From: Octopus vulgaris
Taxonomy: Eukaryota
Direction of reading: 5' to 3'
NCBI GenBank assembly: GCA_951406725.2
Contig: OX597814.1
Coordinates: forward strand, 158,906,001-158,970,000
DNA length: 64,000 nucleotides
The notes under the pieces are model-generated. The model saw nothing but the letters and a program-made list of their open reading frames with translations. It did not search any database and was not told the origin of the DNA. Both the position numbers and the translations under genes were made by a program. Shown here one piece after another: positions 15,464 through 28,903 of this stretch (position 1 is the first letter of the stretch; each line of letters opens with the position of its first letter).

Positions 15464-15730
15464 CTTCCACAGACAATGTGGCTGATGTAGACACATCACC
15501 TGCCACACAAGAATATTCTCCCATATCTTCCAAAGTAATATTTTCAATAATCAGTTGGTGAACCATCTTATCAGTAACAATTTTCATGTGACTATTAGTT
15601 TTTATTTCTTTGCCTTTCTTCTTCCATGTAACTTTCATGTTTTCTTTTGACAATTCACATTGTAAAACCACTTTTACATTTTCTTTCACTTTAATATTTG
15701 TTAATTTCTTTGTAAATTCGGGTTTTATTT
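15464..15730 (-). CDS. Ig I-set array exon
   Basis: 267 nt, ttcag| and |gtatgc, open frame. Confidence 0.92.
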
Positions 15731-16068
15731 CTGAATAAACACGAGCTACTATTAGCAAACATCATATAAACAAAAGGAGAGAAAGAATGATATGGCATAC
15801 ATAGAACATACAGGTGACTTACATGCAATTGACATGTTACAATTTTGGCTAAGAAGAGAAACACACAAACATTACAAACATTAGAGCTAAATAACACCAC
15901 ACAACGATAGATAATCTACAAATGTCTTTGGAATTTGTATTAAAATTTATACACTCTCCACTGCAAATTTGTAAAAACATTCTACTGTTAACATGATGAA
16001 AGATGTTATCTGTCATAAGGTGATATGCAAATAGCTACAATTTAATTCTTTATGACATGCAGCAGCAA

Positions 16069-16102
<34 letters not shown>

Positions 16103-16299
16103 TAATTTCCTTTTTTCCATGGTAGCACAGTACAGACGAGCCAACAGGTTGTGCTAATTTCTAACGTCTGTTTTAGCATTGTTTCTACAGCAGGATGCCC
16201 TTCCTAATGCAAGCACTTCACAGAGTATACAGGGTACTTTTTATATGCTACCAGCACTGGTAAAGTTATCAAGTGCTCAAAAAGACACACTTCATGAAA

Positions 16300-16347
<48 letters not shown>

Positions 16348-16420
16348 TAAGCAATTAAGGGTTTAGCAACGAATTGCCTTACCGCACACCGAATTTAGAA
16401 ATAGCAGTCAAAGAGATTAT

Positions 16421-16461
<41 letters not shown>

Positions 16462-16464
<3 letters not shown>

Positions 16465-16752
16465 TTTTGGTCTTTTGGCTGCAGGTATGCTGGAGCACCA
16501 CCTTGAAAGGATTTAGACAAACAAATCGACCTTAAATGTCAAGCTGTGATGGGAGGACAAATACAGACACAAAGACACACACATACACATATGACAGGCT
16601 TCTGTAAGTTTCCATCTACCAAATCCACTCACAAGGCTTTGGTCAGCCCAAGGCTACAGTAGAAAACACTTGCCCAAGGTGCAGGCAGTGGGACTGAACC
16701 CAGAACCATGTGGTTAGGAAGCAAGTTTCTTACCACACAGCCACACCTGTGC
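16462..16752 (-). mobile_element. tRNA-derived SINE, second family
   Basis: Minus strand GTGGCTGTGTGGTAAG (A box) ... GGTTCAGTCCC (B box) ... ACCTTGGGCAAGTG; head fragment recurs near 52152-52185. Confidence 0.75.
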
Positions 16753-16829
16753 CTATATATATATATATATCATCATCATCATCATCATTTAACGTCCGTT
16801 CTCCATGCTAGCATGGGTTGGACGGTTCG

Positions 16830-16872
<43 letters not shown>

Positions 16873-17072
16873 TATATATAATGGAGCATGGCCTACTTGT
16901 TAGGGTGTTGCATGCACAACAACAATGTCATGTGTTTGGGTTATGTATTGTATATTTAAAAAAAAACACTTCAACTCGCCTTGTGCTGCAATCACTACAA
17001 GCAACGTCAATTTGTGAGAGGAGTTGAGCTAGTGTGCAGCTCAAACATATGATCACAGTAAGCATATATGTA

Positions 17073-17131
<59 letters not shown>

Positions 17132-17260
17132 GTATATATATATATATGTATATATATGTACACACACACTCACATTTATATATATATAGCTTCCTATTCT
17201 CTTAAAGAACAGGGTCAATAAAAAAGATTTTTCTGTCCACAATAAAAAGAAAAACTATTA

Positions 17261-17580
17261 ATAGTTTCATGTTGTAGAGATACAATAATTTCGCAGACTT
17301 ATATAAAAAGCCAAGAAGTCTTTCAGACTCATTGCATACCATTAGACATATTTGAAAACCAGGATGCTAGTGTATGAAGAAACATGAAATAAAAATGGGA
17401 AGAAAATCATATCAATCTTCTTCATGTTTTTTTCCCATTTTGTTCACATGTTTCTCATAGACCAACATCCTGATTTTCAAATAGGTTAATTGGTACGCAC
17501 TGAGCCCAAAAGATTGCTTGGAGATATATGACTATTATATAAATCTGTTAAATTATTGTATCTTTATAGCATGAAGCTAT
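17261..17580. mobile_element. Palindromic MITE-like element
   Basis: atagtttcatgttgtagagatacaataattt pairs with aaattattgtatctttatagcatgaagctat; inner arms tttgaaaaccaggatg / catcctgattttcaaa. Confidence 0.8.
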
Positions 17581-18494
17581 GAGTTTAAAATTGTGTGTGT
17601 GTGTTTTTAATATCAGATACCTTATAACCAGCAATTTCTTATTAGTAAGCATGTGAGCCGGTGCAACTTGTGCATAGTTAGACTGTTAATGAGAAAATCT
17701 GCAACTCCTAAAAGTTTGCTTGGTGAAGAGTGTGACATTTGGACAACCCTGTAGGAAGAAAACTAAATCTCATCAAAGGGTAGATGAACTCAAGAGAATT
17801 ATCCATTATGAATTAGTGTATATAAATGCATATATATCAGGATTTGTATATAAATGTAAATCCACATGGATTTAGAACACTCACACTTTAAACCTGCTGT
17901 TGGTTTCAGACACCATGTCATCCAAGTGCTTGTCTTTATAGAATTTGATGTACAGATACATTTTGCACTTTCATTCTCACCTAACAAACAAGTTTCTTAG
18001 AGCCAAAGACAGATTACAATCATATTATAGCCACGATTAGTAGCAATCTTATATATATGACATTTAAATATCATTCATTCTGTAGGTTCTACATCTGTGA
18101 GAGCAGTGCAGGTGTACCAAAATCAGGGAATAGTTTTACTTTTAATTGTATAGTATTGTAAACATGACTATGTTCTAATTTTATCTATTTTACAAAAAAG
18201 GTACTTGCATATACATATTTATTTATATATGCATGCATGTATCTCAGTATGTAAATGATTAATGTTCTACAGAATACTAACTCATAGATATTACATACAA
18301 ATGCACTTAAATATATACATATATAAAATATGTACATATATTCATGCCATAGATAGAGAAATATGTAGATAGAGAGAGTGAGAGAAAGACAGACTAAAAT
18401 CAATAGCAGGTTTCAATTGTGAATATTTTTCCACTGTGTGGATCTAAATTTATATACAAATGCTGGTGTATACACAGACACACACACACTATAA

Positions 18495-18730
18495 GACATT
18501 ATAGCACATCCCTGGCCAGCAACATGTGGCACCTCAAGGATAAAGGCATGTCATATGCAATTAAATGGAGGTTCCTTGAACAGCCCTATATAAACAGGTG
18601 CAGGTGATGCAAGTTTTGCATAGCAGAGCAGGCAAGTGTCCAAAAAGATTCACTACATCCAAAGACCCTGCTAAATTCCAGAGAAGAGGTCTTCAGACCT
18701 TGTCCTCATTTTAAAGACTACCTACTGCAA
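18495..18730 (+). mobile_element. Penelope-like element relic (C-terminus of the GIY-YIG region)
   Basis: STSLASNMWHLKDKGMSYAIKWRFL...CR*CKFCIAE...LLNSREEVFRPCPH. Confidence 0.7.
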
Positions 18731-18998
18731 GTGTGGGATTTCCTGTTCATTGATTAGAGCCATAAAAAATTTGTCAACTGGAACTGATCTAAGGGTGGTA
18801 ACCCTATCCCACCTAAGGTTTGGACAATATCTTTTTTTGTTGTTTACAAAATTAACTGACCATAATGTTTTTTACTCCAATTTCAAAAGAAGTTATATGC
18901 TTATGGCCATTAGAGCCTGACAAACTGTCTATAAGGCTTGATGCTTCATAGATACAAAACCATTGGTCACTCTATGACTGGCCATATAATTAACTTCC

Positions 18999-19053
<55 letters not shown>

Positions 19054-19306
19054 ACATGTGAAAGCATATGGCTTAGTGACTCCAGTTTACTCAGCTGGTA
19101 AAAGTGAGTCGTAGCTCTGTTACATTGTGTCTCACTGGATTTCTCTGATGACAATGTTAAGGGTACATGTGTTTGGAGGCTCAGCCACTTGCACATTAAT
19201 TTCATGAACAGACTGTTCCGTTCAACTGGAATACTGATTGCCTTTACCAATAAAGTGCCAGTATTATATCATCATCATCATCATCATCATCATTATCATC
19301 TGCTTT

Positions 19307-19348
<42 letters not shown>

Positions 19349-19793
19349 TTATATATATATATATATATGGACTTTTAAAGTTCACTGTACATTTTTAAAA
19401 TCAAATTTATCATACAACTTATGCAACAACCTAAGCTTTGATAGATTTACGTAGATATCAAAATAATAAAGCATTTCAGAAGCAAGTATATTGCAAATAT
19501 ACCATGGTATATTCATAACTGACAAACAATATAGTTGTAGTATTGATGCCAAAATACATATAGTTATATGGAAAACAAAATAAGGAGCTGATATACACTC
19601 TAGCAACCCCATAGAATAACAGACTGAGATGATTCAGACTCTCCCACAATAACCACTAAAGTATTTCTTTTTCTGCATTATGGTAAAATTGGTGGCAGTT
19701 GCTGTATCTTTAGTAAGAGTTAGTAAAATACGTGACAAGGAATATAAAATATATCCCTCCAAACTACTACTTCTAATATACAAACAAGTGTAC

Positions 19794-20060
19794 CTTCCAC
19801 AGACAATGTGGCTGATGTAGACACATCACCTGCCACACAAGCGTAGTCTCCTTTATCTTGCAAAGTAACATTCTCAATAATCAATTGGTGAACCTTCTTA
19901 TTGGCAACAATCTTCAAGTGACTATCACTTTTGATTTCTTTGCCATTCTTTTTCCATGTGACTTTAACATTTTCCTTTGACAATTCACATAGCAAAACAG
20001 CCTTTTCTTTCTCTTTCATTTTAATGTTTGCTAATTTCTTTGTAAATTCAGGTTTTATTT
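19794..20060 (-). CDS. Ig I-set array exon
   Basis: 267 nt, tttag| and |gtacac, open frame. Confidence 0.92.
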
Positions 20061-20515
20061 CTAAAGAAAAACATGCAAGTTTTACCAGGCATCTCATAGA
20101 AAGAAATGAGAGATAGGAAGAGAACAACATTATACACACAGAACAAAGGATTTTGTAGCTACATATTTTACAATTAGAAGTACAATTATAATTTTAATTG
20201 CAGTATATTCACATACATGAATATTAAAGATACAATGTACTATGCATTGATATTCAAACAGAATTTAACCGTTAAGTATTATATCATAATTCAGACTTCT
20301 AAACATGCTAATGCTAACTTAGTTCAGGACATGATATATCTTTAAAGTGACATACAAATGATTTGTGAATATTAACATATAAATGTTTTTATTTAAGATA
20401 TCACACTCTATAGAGTATACTGCAGTACTTGTAGAATTTTTTAAAGAATGGCACAAGAAATTCAATATATTTCCTTGCAACAAACTAACTATTACTAATA
20501 TACAAACAAGCGTAC

Positions 20516-20782
20516 CTTCCACAGATAATGTGGCTGATGTGGACACATCACCTGCCACACAGGAATATTCCCCTATATCTTGCAATGTAACATTTTCAAT
20601 TATCAATTGGTGAACCTTCTTATCGGCAACAATCTTCAAGTGATTATCACTTTTGATTTCTTTGCCATTCTTTTTCCAAATGACTTTTGTGTTTTCCTTT
20701 GATATTTCACACAGAAAGACAACTTTTTCCATTTCTTTCACTTTAATATTAGTTAATTTCTTTGTAAATTCAGGTTTTAGTT
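20516..20782 (-). CDS. Ig I-set array exon
   Basis: 267 nt, cttag| and |gtacgc, open frame. Confidence 0.92.
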
Positions 20783-21719
20783 CTAAGGGAAAACAAGCTA
20801 TAATTACTAAGCATCACAGAATCACAAGTGAAAAAGAGAGGGAATAAGAAAGAGAACAAACATGTTACATAAAAAACATAAAGGTCTCAGACTATAAAGT
20901 AGTTACATATTCTATGGATAGGTTTACAAGTCAAATACATAAATACTAGAGATGCAACACACTTCCTAATAATATTCAAGCAACGATTGTCTTCAAAATT
21001 TTGTTATATATACTTAATTATCTGAATTGGAAATATCTCTGATGCAGAATGTTATATGTTGTAAAGAGATATGCACATTGTTACATATAGTTTTAATATT
21101 TAAGAAATATCAGCAAATGAATGTTTTCATATAGGAAAACAACCAATTCTATACTGTATATAGCTGTACAGTTTGCATGTTGTAGACTATCTTTAATTAT
21201 ATATAAACTATAAATAACAGGTGCATATATTTATCACTTTGTTATTTGAAGAAAACCTTGTAAATGCTACAGACATGTTATTTTTAATTACCTAGTTTAT
21301 TGTAAATATTGTGAAAGAAAAAAATGACAATACACTGTATCTTCAATGTATATGCTGTATTTCATTTGAAAGGCTAACAAGTATGTAAAGCAATGTTTTC
21401 TTTATCATACAAAACTATCACAAATGGAAGCACAGTATAGTCAAAGCTGACAAACAATATTGTCATATAGTATCCTAAGTAAACGAATTTATAACAACAC
21501 TAGACATGTACATTAGTGTCATAAAGAAATAACACATGCAGCAAAATTACCTGAAAATGTATATATAAATCTAGCACAATTTAAAAAATTACCTCAGAAA
21601 TTTCTTTTGCACACTTTGGAAATAATGGAGAAAACCATCTGATTTACTGATTCATGTAACAAAAAAATTCAAAACGTTTCCCCACAAAATATCTAATTCT
21701 AATATACAAACAAGCATAC

Positions 21720-21986
21720 CTTCCACAGATAATGTGGCTGATGTAGACACATCACCTGCCACACAAGAATATTCTCCAATATCTTGCAAAGTAACATTCT
21801 CAATAATCAGTTGATGAACTTTCATATCGGCAACAATCTTCAAGTGATTATCACTTTTGATTTCTTTGCTATTCTTTTTCCATGTGACTTTAACATTTTC
21901 CTTTGATAATTCACACAGTAAGACAGCCTTTTCTTTCTCTTTCACTTTAATATTTTCTAATTTCTTTGTAAATTCAGGTTTTATTT
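21720..21986 (-). CDS. Ig I-set array exon
   Basis: 267 nt, cttag| and |gtatgc, open frame. Confidence 0.92.
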
Positions 21987-22029
21987 CTAAGAAAAAACAA
22001 GCAACAATTACCAGATACAACATGAAGAT

Positions 22030-22087
<58 letters not shown>

Positions 22088-22886
22088 AAGAGAGAGCACA
22101 TGCAAAATATTTTGAGGTATAAAGCAGCTCTTTACCAAACTAGTTTTACAACTCAAACATGAATATAACAGACACACCACACTATACAACGACAATCAAG
22201 AAGTAGTTATTTTCTTAATTTGTATCATACTTCCCAATATTCATAGTCTACAGTTAACATGATATAGGATGCAATATGCAGAATGAAACATATTGGGTCA
22301 TATATTCCTTTAATATTCAGGAAATATAACCAAGTTGATGTTTTCATATAGAATCATTTAGAATAAATTTCATAGAATATATTACCATATGATTTGATTT
22401 GATTTGATTTTTCCAGTTTCAGCTAATGTGCTGTGGCCATGCTGGGGCACCGCCATTTAATATGCTTAATATTTCACGAAGAAATTAAAGCATTTGATAA
22501 CTAAAGAACATATTTGCACACATTCATAAAAGTCTGAATGGCTACAAAAAAAATGTAGTAACTAATTACCAATATTGTAAATATTTTAAAATGAAAATTT
22601 ATGTTACTGTTTTTTCTGTGTGTATACCAGAATTACAACAATAGGCTAATAAGTGTATCGAAGCAATGCACTTAACAGTGAAAGCCAATCAGATACATTT
22701 ATGGTTGAAACACAATAGTTATCACATTCCAGCCATATTTAACAAACTTTCTCAATTTCACATACACATCACCGGAATATTGTTGAAAATTATGTTTATT
22801 AATAGTAAACGTTATTCACGTTCATGACAAAACAATTCAAAACATTTTCCCCCAAATAATTACTTCTAATATACAAACAAGCATAC

Positions 22887-23153
22887 CTTCCACAGATAAT
22901 GTGGCTGATGTAGACACATCACCTGCTACACAAGAATATTCTCCTATATCTTGTAAATTAGCATTATCGATAATCAGTTGGTGAACCTTCTTATCGACAA
23001 CAATCTTCAAGTGATTATCACTTTTGATTTCTTTGCCGTTCTTTTTCCATGTAACTTTGATGTTTTCCTTTGACAATTCACATATTAAAACAGCCTTTTC
23101 TTTCTCTTTCACTTTAATATTTGTTAGTTTCTTTGTGAATTCAGGTTTTAATT
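22887..23153 (-). CDS. Ig I-set array exon
   Basis: 267 nt, tctag| and |gtatgc, open frame. Confidence 0.92.
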
Positions 23154-23201
23154 CTAGAGGGAAAACAAGTAACAGTTACCAAACATCACGCGGTCACAAG
23201 G

Positions 23202-23275
<74 letters not shown>

Positions 23276-23337
23276 CAGAAAGCAGTATGATAGACAAAGA
23301 ATATACAAAAAGTTTTGAAGCAGAAAATAGCTACGTA

Positions 23338-24215
23338 CGTGGTCTGATCAATAAGTATCAAGATTGTTGCCACAGTAACGAAACTAAAGCACGCAGAGTA
23401 AAGCCGCTTGAACTCTGCTGTGCATGCGCACTAAGTATTAACGTTCTAACTCACTTCCACTACTTACAGCAGTGCTTGGAAGGAAGGTGTGTAGCGTGTG
23501 ATCGTCGCATTGACCATGACAGAGGAAGTTGAGCAGAGAAGCTGCATCAAATTTTGCCAAAAGCTTGGCGATACTTGCTCAGTGGTGTACGCAAACTTTT
23601 CAAAAAGTTTTCATCATTCTCGACACAATCAAAGAGATCTTGTGCAACTGAAACACGAGTGTCATTATGGTTAGCAGAAAAGAAGGTTTTGCACAAACTT
23701 GGCAGACCAGCGTCTCATACCTAAATCTTCAGTGATAATGGACTGAATTGAACCTAACTAATCTGCACATCCTCTGATAGCTCACGGATGGTGATTCAAC
23801 TATTTCCCATAACAGTCGCACGCACATGTGCGATGTTTTTTCAGTTCTGCTGGTTGAGGGTCTCCCAGAACGACCGTCAATACCGACATTTTTCGGCCAT
23901 CTTGGAAACGTCTGAACCACTCGCACACTTCTGTGCAGCGCGTACACTCCTCACCATACACTTTTTGCAATTTTGCGTAGTCCTCTGAGCAGGTATCGCC
24001 ATGACAACTTTCTCTATCATGGTCAATGCAACGATCACACGCTACACACCTTCCTTCCAAGCACCACTGTAAGCAACGATAGTGAGACAGAACGTTAAAA
24101 CTTAGTGCGCATGCACAGCAGAGTTCAAAGTTAATCTGTGCAAAGCAGCTTTACTCTGCATGTTTTAGTTTCGTTAGTATGTGCAACAGTCCGGATAATT
24201 ATTGATCAAACCTAG
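23338..24215. mobile_element. Fold-back non-autonomous mariner element with ~250-bp inverted arms
   Basis: TA-flanked; both arms include the mariner transposase start (MTEEVEQRSCIKFCQKLGDTCS on plus; ...LQKVYGEEC...CEWFRRFQDGR...GRSGRPSTSRT on minus). Confidence 0.88.
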
Positions 24216-24835
24216 TATTCAACAATTAAGTTTACAAGTTAAGCGCATAGATATTAGCATATAATACACAACACATCGATATTTAAGCAGTAGTTTTCTT
24301 CTGTATTCTATATCATAATTTATATCACCTGTATTAAAAGTTTTTTAAGCATTCTACTTTTAAGTCGATGGGTTGAATGTTATAACTTGTAAATCATCAA
24401 CTTACACATAGTTACAGATAACGTCAATATTTAGGAAATAGTTATACATAGACGATTCCATATAGAATATCATCTGGAATAAATTCTGTACAATAACATA
24501 ACCCGATGAAAGCCTAGTAATGGCTACAAAAAGATAAGTAATAGTTAATAAACTAGCTTATTGTTAATACTGTAAACTAAAAGAAAAAAAAGAGAAAAAA
24601 TGTTAATATTCCTGAATGTTCCTACCGAAATACATTTGATAGGCTAACAAGTGTATCAAAGCAATCTTCTTATCAGTGAAAGTCTATTACAATGAGAACG
24701 CGATACATTCATAGCTGACATAGTTGACAAGAAATATTGTTGCCACATTGAGGCCAAAGCAAACGAATTTGTGTGGTTAACAATATAACGACATGAGACA
24801 AATACATTGGCGCCTTAAAGAAATGACGCACTCAC

Positions 24836-24865
24836 CAGTGTCAGGCTCTCCTACAGCAGGGATTT
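24836..24865 (-). CDS. 30-nt linker microexon EIPAVGEPDT
   Basis: ccctgcag|AAATCCCTGCTGTAGGAGAGCCTGACACTG|gtgagt, phase 1-1. Confidence 0.85.
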
Positions 24866-25394
24866 CTGCAGGGTATAAATAAATATGAATCACCTTTACA
24901 TGTATAATATAGAAATTATTAATCTGGCACAACTTAAAAGTTTTCCTCATAAATTCTTACTTAGCGATATATTACTTGAAATTATTACAGCAGAGGTTCG
25001 AACCTCAACTGCTACCCCATTAATGGCCTCCACAGTTTCATGTGATTGGTTTATAAACTGACCAATCAGCATGAAGCTGTGACGTGATATGACTTGCTTG
25101 GATGTTCTAGAATTTACCCATTTGTCGCTCTATACAAAACGATTGGCGCCTAATTCACCAGGTAGAATGTTTACGGCAGCCTCCTGATTCACACGCCTCA
25201 CCTCTTGCCAAGCAGAAAACCTCCGTAAATAGCCAACATCAAGTGTATTATGTCCAGCAATAAATATTAAAGTTAAAGGTCATGAGTCTGCTTTACACCC
25301 ACACAAAGAAAAGTCCAGCAATGATACGATCTCCGCGAAACAAGCAGCCAAATCACGACTGTATCATAATGATTTGCTAATAATAACAATAATA

Positions 25395-25580
25395 CTTTCT
25401 ACCAAAGCACATGGCTTGAAATTTTCGGAGACTGGGTTAGTCGATTATATCCTCTTCAGTGCTTGATTGGTATTCATTTCATAAATACCAGGAGAATGAA
25501 AAACAAATTTGAACTCAGACGGACGAAATGTCGCTAAGTATTTCGTTCGGCGTGCTAACGATTTTGCCAGCTCGCCATCT
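25395..25580 (-). mobile_element. SINE, same family as 3881-4099
   Basis: Shared tttgaactcaga...tttcg..cggcgtgctaacgatt.tgccagctcgcc. Confidence 0.75.
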
Positions 25581-25659
25581 TGCAAATGATAATAAATGCC
25601 AATAAAAATTCAATATATTTCCCGAAAAACAACTAATTTTAATATACAAACAAGCATAC

Positions 25660-25926
25660 CTTCCACAGATAATGTGGCTGATGTAGACACATCACCTGCC
25701 ACACAGGAGTATTCTCCTGTATCTTCCAAAGTAACATTCTCAATAATCAGTTGATGAACCTTCATATCGGCAACAATCTTCAAGTGACTATCACTTTTGA
25801 TTTCTTTGCCATTCTTTTTCCAAATGACTTTTGTATTTTCCTTTGACAATTCACATAGTAAAACAGCCTTTTCTTTCTCTTTCACTTTAGTATTTACTAA
25901 TTTCTTAGTAAATTCAGGTTTTATTT
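25660..25926 (-). CDS. Ig I-set array exon
   Basis: 267 nt, cctag| and |gtatgc, open frame. Confidence 0.92.
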
Positions 25927-26008
25927 CTAGGGGAAAACGAGCAACAATTATCATGCATCATGTGATTAAGTGGGAGAGAGAGAAACACAGAAAAAAACAC
26001 AAATACAT

Positions 26009-26078
<70 letters not shown>

Positions 26079-26701
26079 ATAGCTACATATTCTAGAACTT
26101 GGTTTAGAAGTCAAACACATGAATACTAGTCATACACTAACGTCGATATTCATTTGTATTTTATGTTATATTTCATATAATCTTTAGTAAGTGTTTCCAA
26201 ATATTCCACAGTTAACTCGATGCAGGATACCATAGGTTTTGAAAGTGCTACACCCACAGAAACAGATAGCGTTAATATTTAGAAAATAGCAATATATGGA
26301 TGTGTTTAAATAGAATATCGATTAAAATATATTTTCTACAATAAATAACCTTATGTATAATTAACATGGACATATTTGCCAATGTAACCTGGAACAAACC
26401 TAGTAATGGCTACCAAAAGATATATGATCTTCAATCAAATGTTCGAAATATTGTAAAAGAAAAACAACAAAAGTGAAATAAAACTTTAAAGGTATGAAAC
26501 AAATTAAATTTTAAAAGCTAGCAAGTGAGTTCAAAGGAATGCTCTTAAAAGCGAAAATCTATCACGATTTATAACGCGATGCATTCATAGTTGACAAGCA
26601 ATATTGCTGTAATATTGAAATGTAAGCAAACAAATTGGCATGGTTTGTAATATGACAACACCAGACAAATACATTGGCGCCATAAAAATTGACACACTCA
26701 C

Positions 26702-26731
26702 CAATGTCAGGCTCACCTAGAGCAGGCAGTT
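26702..26731 (-). CDS. 30-nt linker microexon ELPALGEPDI
   Basis: ccctacag|...|gtgagt, 30 nt, phase 1-1. Confidence 0.8.
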
Positions 26732-26961
26732 CTGTAGGGTACAAATATATTTAAATTACCTTCACATGTATGATAAGTAGATAAGTAATACATTGTCAAT
26801 CTAGCACAAATAACTAGTTTTATTTTCTCAAGAATTTCTCTTAACTTGTGGAATATTGCTGAAAATTATTCCATTGGATAGTAAAAGGTCCCAACGGATA
26901 TGACAAAATATTTAAAACATTTCTCTGCAAAGAACTAATTCGAATATGCAAACAAGCGTAC

Positions 26962-27228
26962 CTTCCACAGATAATGTGGCTGATGTAGACACATCACCTG
27001 CCACACAAGAATATTCTCCTATATCTTGCAAAGTAACATTTTCAATAATCAGTTGGTGAACCTTCTTATCGACAACAATCTTCAAGTGATTATCACTTTT
27101 GATTTCTTTGCCATTCTTTTTCCATGTGACTTTTGTTTTTTCCTTCGACAATTCACATTGTAAAACAGCCTTTTCTTTTTCTTTCACGTTAACATTTGCT
27201 AATTTCTTTGTGAATTTAGGTTTTATTT
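26962..27228 (-). CDS. Ig I-set array exon
   Basis: 267 nt, cttag| and |gtacgc, open frame. Confidence 0.92.
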
Positions 27229-27317
27229 CTAAGGAAAGACGAGCAACAATTACCAAACATCACATGGTCACAAGAGAGATAAAGACAGAGATAAAGATTG
27301 TGAGAAAATGACAGAGC

Positions 27318-27349
<32 letters not shown>

Positions 27350-28093
27350 AAGAGAGAGATAGAAAGAGAGAGGAGCAAAACAGATTAATATAGTATAAAA
27401 AGAACATGCAAAGGATTTGGAACCAAACTTTAGCGACATATTCGACAAGTGAAATACAAATATTGGTATAACACACAACAATATTCAAGCAGGAACTATC
27501 TTCTATTTTTTTTCATTATATTTCGTATCAAGTACATTAAAAAATTCTAAACATCCTAATATTAACTCGATGCATGATACTAATGTTATGAGTTACACAC
27601 ATTGTTAACGGTAGCTTTAATGTTTAGGAAATATTCTCAAAGGTTAATCTTGTAAAATAAATACAGTAAAATAAGTTGCTGTACAACTAACATTTTGTAA
27701 AGAAACTAAACTTTTCGATATTAACTACAAATAACAGACGCACATGGAACTTCAAGAAAATCTTGCAATGACTATAAACAGATATATATTATATTATTAA
27801 GTAACTTATGGTAAATATTAACATCAGACAGCTGTGTTACTATGTCTTCAATATGTATGCTGAATTAAACTTGATAAAGTAAGAAGTCTATCGCAACATT
27901 ACTTTTATCTATGAGACGCAATCAGAGATGGTAGCGTAATAAATTTATAGTTGACAATATATATTAGTCATATAGTGAACAACGTATAGTCGAATAGTTA
28001 ATAATATATAATCATATAGATATTATTTCGTAAACAAGTCTAAATATTTGGCTGCATGCGCATATACTTTCAATGCATTATAGGAAAATGAAC

Positions 28094-28903
28094 GGCGGAC
28101 TTTCAGAATAACTGTCATGAATCAAATTGGATTTCTTGTTATTTTTTTCTGGATTTTATAAATATTTTATAGTATCTTATACGACAAAGCAATTGTAAAT
28201 CGCTTTTGCGAAAGTCATTCAAAATCCACGTTTGTCAAATCTCTCAGCCATCTTCCCCACTACCTCCGTTAATCGTGTCTGCGCTATCGCTGCCGCAATT
28301 AAAATGAATTTTTTTGCGTGATCGTTATTTTCCGTCGTTATAGTATTAGATATTCGAAATACTTGTGATTCACATTTAAAAAATTCTTAATTCCTCCTTT
28401 CTCCTCCTCGTACCTTTCATGATTAAAATGAATTTATTTTGTTGTTTTTTTTTCTTTACACGTGTGCCATTTTATAAAGAACAAATACCCGTTTTCGATA
28501 CGGCACAAAACGTAAAGAAACCATATTTAATACGTGTATATTTCTTCACCTCCAAGTTACTTCAGTTTTCGCGTTTTTGCCACACTAAAAACTTATTTTA
28601 ATTGCAAAAGAGGAGGAGATGTGGGGGTTAAGATTATTCTTTTTGTCGAAAAGAGAATGGTAAGTTCCTCAAAATGTAGAATACAATAAAATGATAAAAT
28701 ATAACAGAAATAAAATAATCATTTTAATCGTGACTGCTATTGTGAAAGCACGATTTACAAAACAGATTTTTAAAATAAATTCTCTTTTAGAAAAATTATA
28801 AATATTTCTTTTGCAATCTGGGATACTATGAAATGTCGGAAATCCCAAAATAACACATAAAAAAAATTGATGCTTTTCTTGACAGTTATTCAGAAAGTAG
28901 GCC
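28094..28903. mobile_element. Old fold-back/MITE-like element with ~320-bp degenerate arms
   Basis: ggcggactttcagaataactgtca / tgacagttattcagaaagtaggcc; attaaaatga / tcattttaat; tctcctcctc / gaggaggaga. Confidence 0.7.

Noticed and set aside
24988-25370. GC-richer insertion with CCAAT and TGACGT motifs and a hAT-like start (cagaggttcgaacc)
   Set aside because: No matching second TIR seen; the promoter-like motifs could be chance or TE-derived.
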